DNA of 51,275 nucleotides from an uncultured Hyphomicrobiales bacterium (GTDB lineage: Bacteria > Pseudomonadota > Alphaproteobacteria > Rhizobiales > Aestuariivirgaceae): positions 1 to 51,275 of the forward strand of contig CAJBCQ010000085.1 in the NCBI GenBank assembly GCA_903951595.1, in the 5' to 3' direction. The translations under genes and the position numbers were made by a program. Below, in pieces: positions 19,501 through 28,347 of this stretch; position 1 is the stretch's first letter; the number at the start of each line of letters is the position of its first letter. A model generated the notes under the pieces. That model did no database searches and was not told where the DNA came from. It was given only the letters and a program-made list of their open reading frames with translations.

Positions 19501-20865
19501 TTGCAGGGCGAGCCGCAACGGCTATGCTTTTGGCGATCAGGCAACAGGCGGGATCATTTATTGCTGTCACGGCTACGCAAATCGCTGATCGCCACCAGTG
19601 TTGCCGCCCTATGCGCGGCAGCCGTGGCCGGCTTTGCGCCTGAAGGCAATGCAGGTGGTGAAACCCGCACGCTGAACATGGTGCATGTTCACACGGGCGA
19701 AAAGCTCACCATCACCTACAAGAAAAACGGCCGCTACATTCCCTCGGCCATGGCGCGCATCAACTATTTCCTGCGCGACTGGCGCAAGAACAAGCCCACC
19801 ACCATGGACCCGCGCACCGTGGACCTCATGTGGGAGCTTTACGCCGATCTCGGTTCCAAAGTACCCATCCGCATCATTTCTGGTTATCGCTCCGCCGAAA
19901 CCAACGGCATGCTGAAGCGCATCGGGCGCAATGTGGCCAAGAAAAGCCAGCACACGGCTGGCAAAGCCATCGACATGTATTTCCCCGATGTGAAACTCGC
20001 CCGCATTCGCAACAGCGCCATCGTGCGTGAAGTGGGCGGTGTGGGCTATTATCCCGGCGGCGACGGTGGCTTTGTCCATATCGACAGCGGCAGTGTGCGC
20101 TATTGGCCAAGGCCGTCTGATAGCCAGCTCGCCGATATTTTCCGCGATTACAAAGACACGATCGGCGCGCGCGTGCGCGGTGGCGGCACCCTTTTGGCTT
20201 CTCGCGAAGTGGCAGAACCGGAAGAAGCCACCCCAACAGGCAAGAAACCCAAATCCGCCATGCAGATGGTGGCAAGCCTATTGTCACCGGATGCGGCGCA
20301 AGAAGAAACCGCGCCTGCGCCAACACCCACCAACATCACCCTGCCACGCGCCAAGCCTGCTTTGGCAACACTCGCCGAAGCACCCCCCGCCCTCAACGTG
20401 CCGCTGCCAAAATCGCGTCCGGTTTCCGTGGTCGCAAGCCTTGAGACACCCACAATCGCGCCCACAGCAGAATCCTTCAGCGACGATAATTTCCAAACCG
20501 CATCCACGACGCAAGCACTGGACCAAGACGATATCGCCATGCGCCCATCAACAGCCGCAGATGAACCCAGCGCGCAATCCAATCACGCTGCCAAGGCGGG
20601 CCTGCTTGGCCGCACGAACACACCAGAACCCTTGCGTATGGCAAGCCTTGAGCCTGCGGATCTTCGCAGCATGTTTGAACTGTTCCAAGAACAGGATCAG
20701 CACGACGATGAAGGCCAAGACCCCGCGACCAAGGGTGGACCCATATCCAACTTCCTTGCCAAGTCAGACCGTTTAGCCCCCGGCGATAGCATAAGCTTGC
20801 GCGTGCAGCGCGCCACCAAGATGGACTCGCTCTCCGCCGCCGACCAACCGCTGTCCTTCGACTGA
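19501..20865 (+). CDS. DUF882 / peptidase M15A protein (MepK-like murein endopeptidase) with a long low-complexity tail
   Basis: Tat-like NRRDHLL followed by a hydrophobic stretch. The M15 motifs SGYRS..TN, SQHTAGKAIDMYF and GGFVHIDSG are present. Residues from about 240 to 454 are P/A/S/T-rich. TTG start at 19501; start uncertain. Confidence 0.8.
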   Translation: MQGEPQRLCFWRSGNRRDHLLLSRLRKSLIATSVAALCAAAVAGFAPEGNAGGETRTLNMVHVHTGEKLTITYKKNGRYIPSAMARINYFLRDWRKNKPTTMDPRTVDLMWELYADLGSKVPIRIISGYRSAETNGMLKRIGRNVAKKSQHTAGKAIDMYFPDVKLARIRNSAIVREVGGVGYYPGGDGGFVHIDSGSVRYWPRPSDSQLADIFRDYKDTIGARVRGGGTLLASREVAEPEEATPTGKKPKSAMQMVASLLSPDAAQEETAPAPTPTNITLPRAKPALATLAEAPPALNVPLPKSRPVSVVASLETPTIAPTAESFSDDNFQTASTTQALDQDDIAMRPSTAADEPSAQSNHAAKAGLLGRTNTPEPLRMASLEPADLRSMFELFQEQDQHDDEGQDPATKGGPISNFLAKSDRLAPGDSISLRVQRATKMDSLSAADQPLSFD

Positions 20866-20866
20866 A

Positions 20867-22084
20867 CTAGACACGCCCGTTCAAATGCCGCGCGCGGCGC
20901 AATTGCGGGAACATGGCTGACCAGATGCCAGCCACCATCACCGTGCCAACACCCCCCATCACCACAGCCGCCTTGGCACCAATGAGGGCAGCAACCGTGC
21001 CCGCGCGGAATTCGCCAAGCTCGTTGGAAGCCCCCACGAACATGTTGTTCACCGCATTCACACGCCCGCGCAGCGCATCCGGTGTCCACACTTGGATCAG
21101 CGTCTCGCGCACATAAACGCTCACCATATCGGTAGCCCCCATGAGAATGAGGGCCATGACCGACAGCCAGATGATTTCCGAAAAACCAAAACTGACGGTG
21201 AAAATGCCGAACAGGGCGACAAAACCGAACATGATAAGCCCGGCATGATCGCGCACAGGATAGCGCGCCAGCCACAGGGCCATCGCAATGGCACCGATGC
21301 CAGGGGCAGCTCTCAGCATCCCCAAGGCTTCCGGTCCTGCATGCAGAATGTCGAGCGCATAAACCGGCAGAAGCGCGGTGGCCCCACCTAGCAGCACAGC
21401 AAACAGATCGAGCGAAATCGCTCCGAAAACCACTTTCTCGCGCCACACATAATGGAAGCCCGCCAACAACTCGCTCAGGCTCGTGGCCTGATGCGAAGAT
21501 AATTGCTGCGGGCGCGAGATCAGCAGCGTGACCAAGGCCGATCCGGCCAGCAACAACAGCGCCACGCCATAAGCGGCATAAGGGCTAATGCCATAAAGCA
21601 ACCCACCCAAAACCGGCCCCACAATCGTGGCCGATTGCCAAGCGGATGTCGAAAGCGCAATCGCACTCGACAATTCCGATTGTGGCACAAGATTGGGCAA
21701 CAGCGATGAGGAAGCAGGCCCATAAAAGGCCCGCGCAATGCCAAAGCTCAAAAGCACCACAAACACCGGCCACACAACACTCAAGCCCTCAAAGGTAAGC
21801 ACGATGAGAGCCGTGCAGCACAAAGCCTCCGCCGCCAAACACACGGTCAGAATGCTGCGCCGGTTCACCTTGTCAGCAACTGCCCCCGTCACCAGCACAA
21901 GTGCCAAGGCGGGCAGAAACTGCACAAGCCCGATGAGCCCAAGATCCAGCGGATCGCGCGTCAGCGAATAAACCTGCCAGCCCACCGCCACCGAAATGAT
22001 CTGCACCGCCAGCGTGGCGGTGAGTTTCGAGAAGAAGTAATGGCGAAATGGAGCATGCGCGAAGGCGCGCGAGGTGGAAGCCAA
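20867..22084 (-). CDS. MFS transporter
   Basis: 405 aa with about 12 predicted TM helices, and DKVNRR after TM2 (MFS loop motif). TTG start; start uncertain. Confidence 0.8.
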   Translation of the reverse strand: MASTSRAFAHAPFRHYFFSKLTATLAVQIISVAVGWQVYSLTRDPLDLGLIGLVQFLPALALVLVTGAVADKVNRRSILTVCLAAEALCCTALIVLTFEGLSVVWPVFVVLLSFGIARAFYGPASSSLLPNLVPQSELSSAIALSTSAWQSATIVGPVLGGLLYGISPYAAYGVALLLLAGSALVTLLISRPQQLSSHQATSLSELLAGFHYVWREKVVFGAISLDLFAVLLGGATALLPVYALDILHAGPEALGMLRAAPGIGAIAMALWLARYPVRDHAGLIMFGFVALFGIFTVSFGFSEIIWLSVMALILMGATDMVSVYVRETLIQVWTPDALRGRVNAVNNMFVGASNELGEFRAGTVAALIGAKAAVVMGGVGTVMVAGIWSAMFPQLRRARHLNGRV

Positions 22085-22088
22085 AATC

Positions 22089-22361
22089 TTATGCTCCGCC
22101 GCTCATGCCAAGGGCTGCCAGATATAGATCGAGAATGGCTTCCTCTTCCTGCCGCTCATTGGCGTCTTTCTTACGCAGGCTCACCACTTTGCGCAAAATC
22201 TTGGTGTCAAAGCCATTGCCCTTGGCCTCAGCATAAACTTCTTTGATGTCGCCAGCGATGGCCTTCTTTTCTTCTTCCAGCCGCTCAATGCGCTCCACCA
22301 GGCTTTTCAACTGGCCTTGCGCGAAGCTCGTCTTGTCATCAACAGGTGTCTTGGCGTCCAT
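22089..22361 (-). CDS. gapR: DUF2312 nucleoid-associated protein (GapR family)
   Basis: Start at MDAKTPVDD with an [73 protein letters not shown] is near-identical in pattern to GapR/DUF2312. Confidence 0.8.
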   Translation of the reverse strand: MDAKTPVDDKTSFAQGQLKSLVERIERLEEEKKAIAGDIKEVYAEAKGNGFDTKILRKVVSLRKKDANERQEEEAILDLYLAALGMSGGA

Positions 22362-22387
22362 CTTGGGTTTCCTTTCGAAAGGCAAAT

Positions 22388-22672
22388 TCAGTGTGTCGGT
22401 TTCTTGAATTGGGCAAGCTGTTCAGGCGTGGCGTCGGGCTGGTGCTGGGCCTTCCATTCCTCATAAGCCATGCCATAGACGATCTCGCGCGCTTGGCCGC
22501 GCGTCACATCAAGCCCCTCGGCTTTGGCGGCCTCCTCATACCAGTTGGAAAGGCAATTGCGACAGAAGCCCGCCAGATTCATGAGGTCGATATTCTGCAC
22601 ATCTGAACGCGCCCGCAAATGCGCCATCAGGCGGCGCAACACGGCGGCTTCGATTTTGTCGGTGTCACTCAT
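22388..22672 (-). CDS. DUF1244 family protein
   Basis: 94 aa. The motif [14 protein letters not shown] is the DUF1244 hallmark. It overlaps the upstream gene's stop by ATGA. Confidence 0.7.
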   Translation of the reverse strand: MSDTDKIEAAVLRRLMAHLRARSDVQNIDLMNLAGFCRNCLSNWYEEAAKAEGLDVTRGQAREIVYGMAYEEWKAQHQPDATPEQLAQFKKPTH

Positions 22673-23454
22673 GCGGCAATCTCCTTCAATACATGGGGCA
22701 GAATGCGCGAAAGCCGCTCAGCCCACGCAAGCTGGCCTGCCGCATCGGCAATCAGATCTTGCCGGATCTCGATGAGCGCATGTGCAAGCCCGCGCTGGGT
22801 GCCATGCGCGTTCATGCTGTCGCCCGCAAGCCCCCCGGCATAAGGCTCATTATCACCGACAACGAGGTCTTTTTCAGCCTCAAGTGCTGCCATCAGCGGG
22901 CGGGCAAAGCGATCATCCCCATCCCACAACACACCTGCATGCCAAGGCCGGGCAACCCCCTTCCAGAAGGGTGTGAAACTGTGGATGGAGCACAAGACAG
23001 GCCGCACCCCCAACCGCTCGGCTTCATCAATGAGACCGGAAAGGGCGCGGTGATAAGGGGTGTAATAGGTGTCAATCCGGTGCTGGCGCTCGGCCATCCC
23101 CATTCCCACATTCCCCGGCACCACCGCCCCATCCGATAGCTGCATGATGAGGGTGGGGTCCTGAATGCCCCGATTTGGGTCAATCAGCAAGCGGGAAAAC
23201 CCGGCAAAGATGCCCGCAACCCCCAGAAACCCACATAAGGCGCGCAACACCCCCTCCACCCCGATATCATAAGCGATATGGCGGCAAAGCTCGGCTTGCG
23301 GCAGGCCCAGCGTGCCATAAGCCTGCGGCAAGGCATTGCGCGCATGGTCAGCCACCAGGATCAACCCGCGGCTCAAGGCACCGGGCACAATCTCGAAAGC
23401 CGGGAATGCCGCAATGGCGGTTTGCGGTGCAAGGGATGGGCTGGTATTGGGCAT
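22669..23454 (-). CDS. N-formylglutamate amidohydrolase family protein (paralog 1)
   Basis: Start taken at MPNTSPSL. The motifs LVADHARNALP, RHIAYDIG, LIDPNRG and CSIHSFTP match FGase-family blocks. Confidence 0.7.
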   Translation of the reverse strand: MPNTSPSLAPQTAIAAFPAFEIVPGALSRGLILVADHARNALPQAYGTLGLPQAELCRHIAYDIGVEGVLRALCGFLGVAGIFAGFSRLLIDPNRGIQDPTLIMQLSDGAVVPGNVGMGMAERQHRIDTYYTPYHRALSGLIDEAERLGVRPVLCSIHSFTPFWKGVARPWHAGVLWDGDDRFARPLMAALEAEKDLVVGDNEPYAGGLAGDSMNAHGTQRGLAHALIEIRQDLIADAAGQLAWAERLSRILPHVLKEIAA

Positions 23455-23678
23455 GATCGGCAAACTATAATGGCCGTGTGATGCTGCGGCCAGCGCGCCC
23501 GCCCCGGCTTGGCGGTTTTCGCGGTGGATAACGGCAAATAAGCGGGGATGCCTTGCTTTGGCCGTTTTCAACAGCGGTTATTCGCCCCGCCCCCGACCGC
23601 ACCCAACAAAATGGGCGTGCATCGGATGGCGGGAATGCTACAAGGTGATTCGTGAGAGTTAGGGAGACCGAGCCCCCG

Positions 23679-24116
23679 ATGTTTTCGTTCCGCAGCGCAC
23701 TCGGCGGCGCAACGTTGATCGCAATGGCCCTATTCGCAACACCTGCGAAGGCCGATTTGAAACTCTGTAACAATACCGAAAGCCGCGTCGGTGTAGCCTT
23801 GGGCTATAGTGACAAAAAAGGCTGGGCGACCGAGGGCTGGTGGAATATCGCCCCCAATTCCTGCGAAACCCTTCTCAAAGGCGCATTGATCGCGCGCTAT
23901 TATTACGTTTATGCCGTGGATTATGACAAAGGTGGCTCTTGGGGCGGCAAGGCCGTGCTTTGCATCCGTGACAAGGAATTCACCATTCGCGGCAACATGA
24001 AATGCAAGGAGCGGGACTACCAGAAAGCTGGATTCCGCGAAGTTGACACCGGCGAGAAGATTGACTGGACTATCTCGCTTTCAGGGGAAAAGACAACACC
24101 GGCGGAACCACAGTGA
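23679..24116 (+). CDS. DUF1036 family exported protein
   Basis: Start at MFSFRSALGGATLIAMALFATPAKA (signal peptide). DLKLCNNT..VGVALGY..GWW is DUF1036-like. The stop overlaps the pyk GTG start. Confidence 0.65.
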   Translation: MFSFRSALGGATLIAMALFATPAKADLKLCNNTESRVGVALGYSDKKGWATEGWWNIAPNSCETLLKGALIARYYYVYAVDYDKGGSWGGKAVLCIRDKEFTIRGNMKCKERDYQKAGFREVDTGEKIDWTISLSGEKTTPAEPQ

Positions 24117-25531
24117 GAAGAAACCGAAAAGTCAAAATCATCGCGACCCTTGGCCCCGCTTCGGCCACTTCCGAACAGATCGAAAAGCTGTTTCTTGCGG
24201 GCGCGGATATTTTCCGCATCAATATGAGCCACACCTCGCATGAATTGCTGCGGCAATATCATGGCATCATCCGCAAAATTGAAGCCCGCATCGGCAGACC
24301 CATCTGCATCCTTGCCGATTTGCAAGGCCCGAAACTACGCATCGGCACTTTCGCGGAAAAGGAAGTGACGCTGAATGCGGGTGATATATTCGTGCTCGAT
24401 AGCGATGCAACACCCGGCAACGCCACCCGCGTATGCCTGCCGCATCCAGAAATCTTCGCCGCCGTCAAAATCGGCGATCATCTTCTTTTGAACGATGGCC
24501 GCATCCGCGTTGAAGTGACGGATGTTGCCGAAGGCCGCATCGCCACCCGCGTCATCTATGGCGGCGCGCTTTCAGCCCGCAAAGGCGTGAACCTTCCCGA
24601 TACCATCATTCCGCTTGCCGCCCTCACGCCCAAAGACCGGGCGGATCTGGATGCCGCTGCTGAACTGGGTGTGGATTGGATTGCCCTGTCCTTCGTGCAG
24701 CGTTCAGCCGATGTCGCCGAGGCCAGAAAGCTCATCGCAGGCCGCGCAGGCGTCATGGCCAAGATCGAAAAGCCATCAGCCCTCACCCATCTGGAAGCTA
24801 TTCTGGAATTGTCCGACGGCATCATGATTGCGCGTGGTGATTTGGGCGTGGAATTGCCGCTCGAACAGGTGCCCGGTCGCCAAAAACAGATCACGCGCGC
24901 CGCCCGCAAGGCAGGCCGCCCCGTGGTCGTGGCCACCCAGATGCTGGAAAGCATGATCCACGAACCCGTGCCCACCCGTGCCGAAGTCTCCGACGTGGCA
25001 ACCGCCGTTTTCGAAGGGGCTGACGCGGTGATGCTATCGGCCGAAAGTGCCGCTGGGGCTTGGCCCGAAAAGGCGGTGGAAACCATGGACAAGATCGCCC
25101 AGGAAGTAGAGCGTGACCCGCATTATCCCGGCATCATCCACGCTCAGCGCACCGACCCCGAACCCACCTCCGCCGATGCCATTTCCGCTGCCGCACGCCA
25201 GGTGGCCGAAACGCTGAAACTGGCAGCCATGGTCTGCTACACCTCGTCAGGCTCCACTGGGCTTCGCGCCGCGCGTGAGCGGCCTGAATTCCCCATTATC
25301 GTCCTCACCCCCAACCCGGCGACAAGCCGCCGCCTGTCGCTCGTCTGGGGCCTGCATTGCGTGCTGACCCCCGATGCGACCGATGTGGATGACATGGTGT
25401 CCAAAGCCTGCCGCATCTCGCGCGAGGAAGGCTTCGCCCAACCCGGCGATCGGGTAATCATCTCCGCTGGCGTTCCCTTCGGCACCCCCGGCACCACAAA
25501 CATGCTGCGTATCGCCTATGTGGGCGATTGA
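24113..25531 (+). CDS. pyk: Pyruvate kinase
   Basis: (V)RRNRKVKIIATLGPAS, FRINMSHT, LADLQGPKLR, IMIARGDLGVE and VVATQMLESM are diagnostic PK motifs. 472 aa. Confidence 0.95.
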   Translation: MRRNRKVKIIATLGPASATSEQIEKLFLAGADIFRINMSHTSHELLRQYHGIIRKIEARIGRPICILADLQGPKLRIGTFAEKEVTLNAGDIFVLDSDATPGNATRVCLPHPEIFAAVKIGDHLLLNDGRIRVEVTDVAEGRIATRVIYGGALSARKGVNLPDTIIPLAALTPKDRADLDAAAELGVDWIALSFVQRSADVAEARKLIAGRAGVMAKIEKPSALTHLEAILELSDGIMIARGDLGVELPLEQVPGRQKQITRAARKAGRPVVVATQMLESMIHEPVPTRAEVSDVATAVFEGADAVMLSAESAAGAWPEKAVETMDKIAQEVERDPHYPGIIHAQRTDPEPTSADAISAAARQVAETLKLAAMVCYTSSGSTGLRAARERPEFPIIVLTPNPATSRRLSLVWGLHCVLTPDATDVDDMVSKACRISREEGFAQPGDRVIISAGVPFGTPGTTNMLRIAYVGD

Positions 25532-25534
25532 GGC

Positions 25535-26116
25535 CTAAATCTGCTTTTCGAGCTTTGCGGCAAGTTCATCCGCTGCCTCCCGCGCGCCCGTCATGCGTGG
25601 ATAAACCGCCAGCGCGTCGCGGAAGGCTTTGAGTGCCTCCAGCTCGCGCCCCTGCTCTCGCCGCACAAGGCCCAATCCAGCCAGCGCCCCGAAATGGCGA
25701 GGCTCGGCGGCCAGAACCTCGGCAATATCAGCCGCCGAACGCTCATAATCGCCCAGCAGATAGTAAACAGTGGCCCGCTGGTTTACCGCCTCAATGAATT
25801 CTGGATATTGGTCGATCAGCGTGTCCAGAATGTCCAAAGCCGCCTCATATTCACGCGCGGCAAGGGCCGAAATGGCCTGCTCCAGCAGCAAATCCCCCGT
25901 GGGGCTGCCGGATTTACGAAATAAATTCAATATGTTCTGCTCAACTCGCTGGGCCGCCTCATAATCCTTGGCCTGCCGCAAGCGGGCAAAAAGCCGGTCG
26001 AGCGTTTCCGCGCGCGTGAGTGATTCCGATACAGGTGCGGGTTCTGGCACCTGCGCTGCTACGGCAACCGGGGCCAGCAGGCCGAACAGGACAATCCATC
26101 CGCAAAGCCGTTTCAT
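25535..26116 (-). CDS. Secreted TPR-repeat protein
   Basis: Signal peptide MKRLCGWIVLFGLLAPVAVAA. This is followed by TPR-like helical repeats (YEAALDILD..., YYLLGDYERSAADIAEVL, ALKAFRDALAVYP). Confidence 0.7.
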   Translation of the reverse strand: MKRLCGWIVLFGLLAPVAVAAQVPEPAPVSESLTRAETLDRLFARLRQAKDYEAAQRVEQNILNLFRKSGSPTGDLLLEQAISALAAREYEAALDILDTLIDQYPEFIEAVNQRATVYYLLGDYERSAADIAEVLAAEPRHFGALAGLGLVRREQGRELEALKAFRDALAVYPRMTGAREAADELAAKLEKQI

Positions 26117-26142
26117 GCCGCCATCCTAGCGCACCGCAACGC

Positions 26143-26182
26143 CAAAAGCCAAACGCCGCGCGAGGGGTGCCCGCACGGCGTT
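26143..26182 (-). terminator. Probable terminator of rpmJ
   Basis: On the minus strand: AACGCCG-(17 nt)-CGGCGTT followed by TGGCTTTTGG, 26 nt after the rpmJ stop. Confidence 0.45.
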
Positions 26183-26207
26183 CAAAGCAGAAAAGACCGG
26201 CTGAAAA

Positions 26208-26333
26208 TCAGCCCTGACGCGCCTTGAAGCGCGGGTTGGTCTTGTTGATGATGTAAACGCGGCCCTTGCGGCGAACCATGCGATTATCGCGGTGGCGTTT
26301 CAGCAAAGCCTTGATTGAATTACGAACTTTCAT
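26208..26333 (-). CDS. rpmJ: 50S ribosomal protein L36
   Basis: Not in the ORF track because it is under 60 aa. The minus-strand translation is [41 protein letters not shown], the non-zinc L36 form. GGTGGA RBS upstream. Confidence 0.9.
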   Translation of the reverse strand: MKVRNSIKALLKRHRDNRMVRRKGRVYIINKTNPRFKARQG

Positions 26334-26440
26334 GGTCCACCCGACAAATTAAAAGGGCCATCACAATGGCGACGCCCTGACTTTCGGGCCGGAACATAGT
26401 CACGGGGGGTTGGCCTGTCAACCGCACAAGCCACCCCTTA

Positions 26441-26890
26441 TCAGCTCAATTCCATGCCCCGCTTGGCGCACACCGCGCGCACAAAGTCATTCTGGCCTTC
26501 ATTGCCGCCAATATATTCGCGCAAAAACAGGCTGGAACCGACCAATTCGCCAGCAAAAGCGAGCTTTCGCCGCACCTCGATCTGCACATTCATGGCCTTG
26601 GCATAGCCACACACATAGACCTTGCCGCCCGCCGACACCGCCTGAACCTGGGTATATTCGGCGGCGGCCACATCCAGCTCAGCACCCTCTGCCACCGCAT
26701 TGCGAATATAAGGGTCCACATCGCGCCGAATGACCTCAAGCTGGGCCTGCGAAAGGGTGACTTTCTGCGGGTTTTCGAGGTTCGCAATGGTGGAGGGCGT
26801 GGGGTCGGACCCCGCACAGGCTGACAGGGCCGCTGCGGCACCTACGAGCAAGAGCGTTGTCAACAACCGGCTAGAAGTGCGTTGGCGCAT
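26441..26890 (-). CDS. Lipoprotein of unknown function
   Basis: Start at MRQRTSSRLLTTLLLVGAAAALSAC, with lipobox LSAC. No family recognised. Confidence 0.55.
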   Translation of the reverse strand: MRQRTSSRLLTTLLLVGAAAALSACAGSDPTPSTIANLENPQKVTLSQAQLEVIRRDVDPYIRNAVAEGAELDVAAAEYTQVQAVSAGGKVYVCGYAKAMNVQIEVRRKLAFAGELVGSSLFLREYIGGNEGQNDFVRAVCAKRGMELS

Positions 26891-27090
26891 GAAAACCTGT
26901 CCCGAAACGGATCCTAAGCTCAGGTTAGGAGCCAACCGCCTGAAGGATCAAGCAAATTCAAGCCCGGGCCACTGGGATTAACAAGGCAATTCCAAGTCAA
27001 GATTGTGGCCCAAGCAACTTATCGTCTGTTGGTTTAAGAAAATATATGTAATACTCCCAACCAATATACTTAATTTTTTTGGAGTTCATC

Positions 27091-28269
27091 ATGAAGTCGT
27101 CCATCATCAAATCGCTGCTTCTGGGCACCGCGCTCTCCTGCGCCTCGGTCTCCTTCGCCATGGCTGAAGACTATAACTGGTCGGGCATTTTCCTCGGCGG
27201 CACGGTGGGTGCGACCGACAGCAAGTCGGACTCCACGGTGGATTACGGCAGCGTGAGCACCGAAGATATCGACGGCAACTACACTGTGGGCTGGGAAAAC
27301 GGTTTCTTCACCGGCGGCATCTATGATGACCTCAACGATTTGGACATCGACGGCGAGATTACCGACGGTGGGCCTGTTGGTGTAATTGATACGGACCTAA
27401 CGAACCAGGATGCGCTCGATCTCTTTGACGACGTGGGCGGGCAGGCTCAACTCGAAGCTTGGGTGGACGCTTTCAATTCTTCGGAAATGAACTGGAGTGC
27501 TACTGCCATCCTCGGTGGCCAGATCGCTTCTGGCAGCTTGGTGTTCGGTGCCGAATTGCGCGGCACCTTCGGCGATTTCGACACCTCCACTTCCGATGAG
27601 TGGCTTGACACGGCACGAGGCGAGGACTTCGCCACCTGCACTGTGACCGAAGATACGTGCGACATTACCTACACGGCTGTCGGCACCAATTCGGGCGGCC
27701 ATATCAATTGGGCCGACCGCAGCACGGGCGTTGACACCGATTGGGATACCAATTTAGGTAGCATCAGTGCCGGTTATGAAGCAGAATATGCTCAGATCAA
27801 CAACTTTGCCTTCGGTGCAAGCTATGACAGCGTGTTTAGCCCGGTAGCCAAGCTTGGTTTCGCGGTCGGTCGCGTACACCTGTTCGCCATGGGCGGCCCG
27901 AGCTGGTCCAAGGTCAAGGCAACCACCTCTGCAAGCGCGAACGAAGTTGCACGGGTTGACGTTTTTTATAACGAATCTGACGAAACGGGCGTAGATGATT
28001 TCACCGGCGAGGAAGCGGTCGGCGTAGAAAATGGTGCAGCGAGCTATGACTGGTCTGGCTCCAACACCGAAACGCTCGCCGGCTACTCCGTCGGCGGCGG
28101 TATGGAATGGGCAGCCACCGACAACCTGATCCTGCGTGCCGAAGGCCTCTACACCGACCTCGGCAGTATCGATGTGACCGGCGTTTCTGATGAAACAGCC
28201 GCCACCTACACCGTGACCCAGGAACTGAACAGCGTGTCGGGTTCTGTCGGCATGCTCGTCAAGTTCTAA
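27091..28269 (+). CDS. Outer-membrane beta-barrel protein (Omp25/Omp31-porin-like ends) with expanded acidic loops
   Basis: GGAG RBS 7 nt before the ATG at 27091, behind an AT-rich upstream region. The signal peptide ends SFAMA. The first strand is a YNWSGIFLGG type. The C-terminus, LNSVSGSVGMLVKF, ends in Phe. The central about 200 aa are very D/E/T/G-rich (DIDGN, DLDIDGEITDGG). Confidence 0.75.
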   Translation: MKSSIIKSLLLGTALSCASVSFAMAEDYNWSGIFLGGTVGATDSKSDSTVDYGSVSTEDIDGNYTVGWENGFFTGGIYDDLNDLDIDGEITDGGPVGVIDTDLTNQDALDLFDDVGGQAQLEAWVDAFNSSEMNWSATAILGGQIASGSLVFGAELRGTFGDFDTSTSDEWLDTARGEDFATCTVTEDTCDITYTAVGTNSGGHINWADRSTGVDTDWDTNLGSISAGYEAEYAQINNFAFGASYDSVFSPVAKLGFAVGRVHLFAMGGPSWSKVKATTSASANEVARVDVFYNESDETGVDDFTGEEAVGVENGAASYDWSGSNTETLAGYSVGGGMEWAATDNLILRAEGLYTDLGSIDVTGVSDETAATYTVTQELNSVSGSVGMLVKF

Positions 28270-28293
28270 GCTTGAACTTCAAGGCTTGAAAAA

Positions 28294-28320
28294 GGGCATC
28301 CCGCCGGGGTGCCCCTTTTT
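28294..28320 (+). terminator. Intrinsic terminator after the OMP gene
   Basis: GGGCATCCC-gcc-GGGGTGCCC (9 bp, one G:U) followed by C+TTTTT, 25 nt after the stop. Confidence 0.8.
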
Positions 28321-28347
28321 GTTGGATGACCTCTGAGGAGTTGATCC

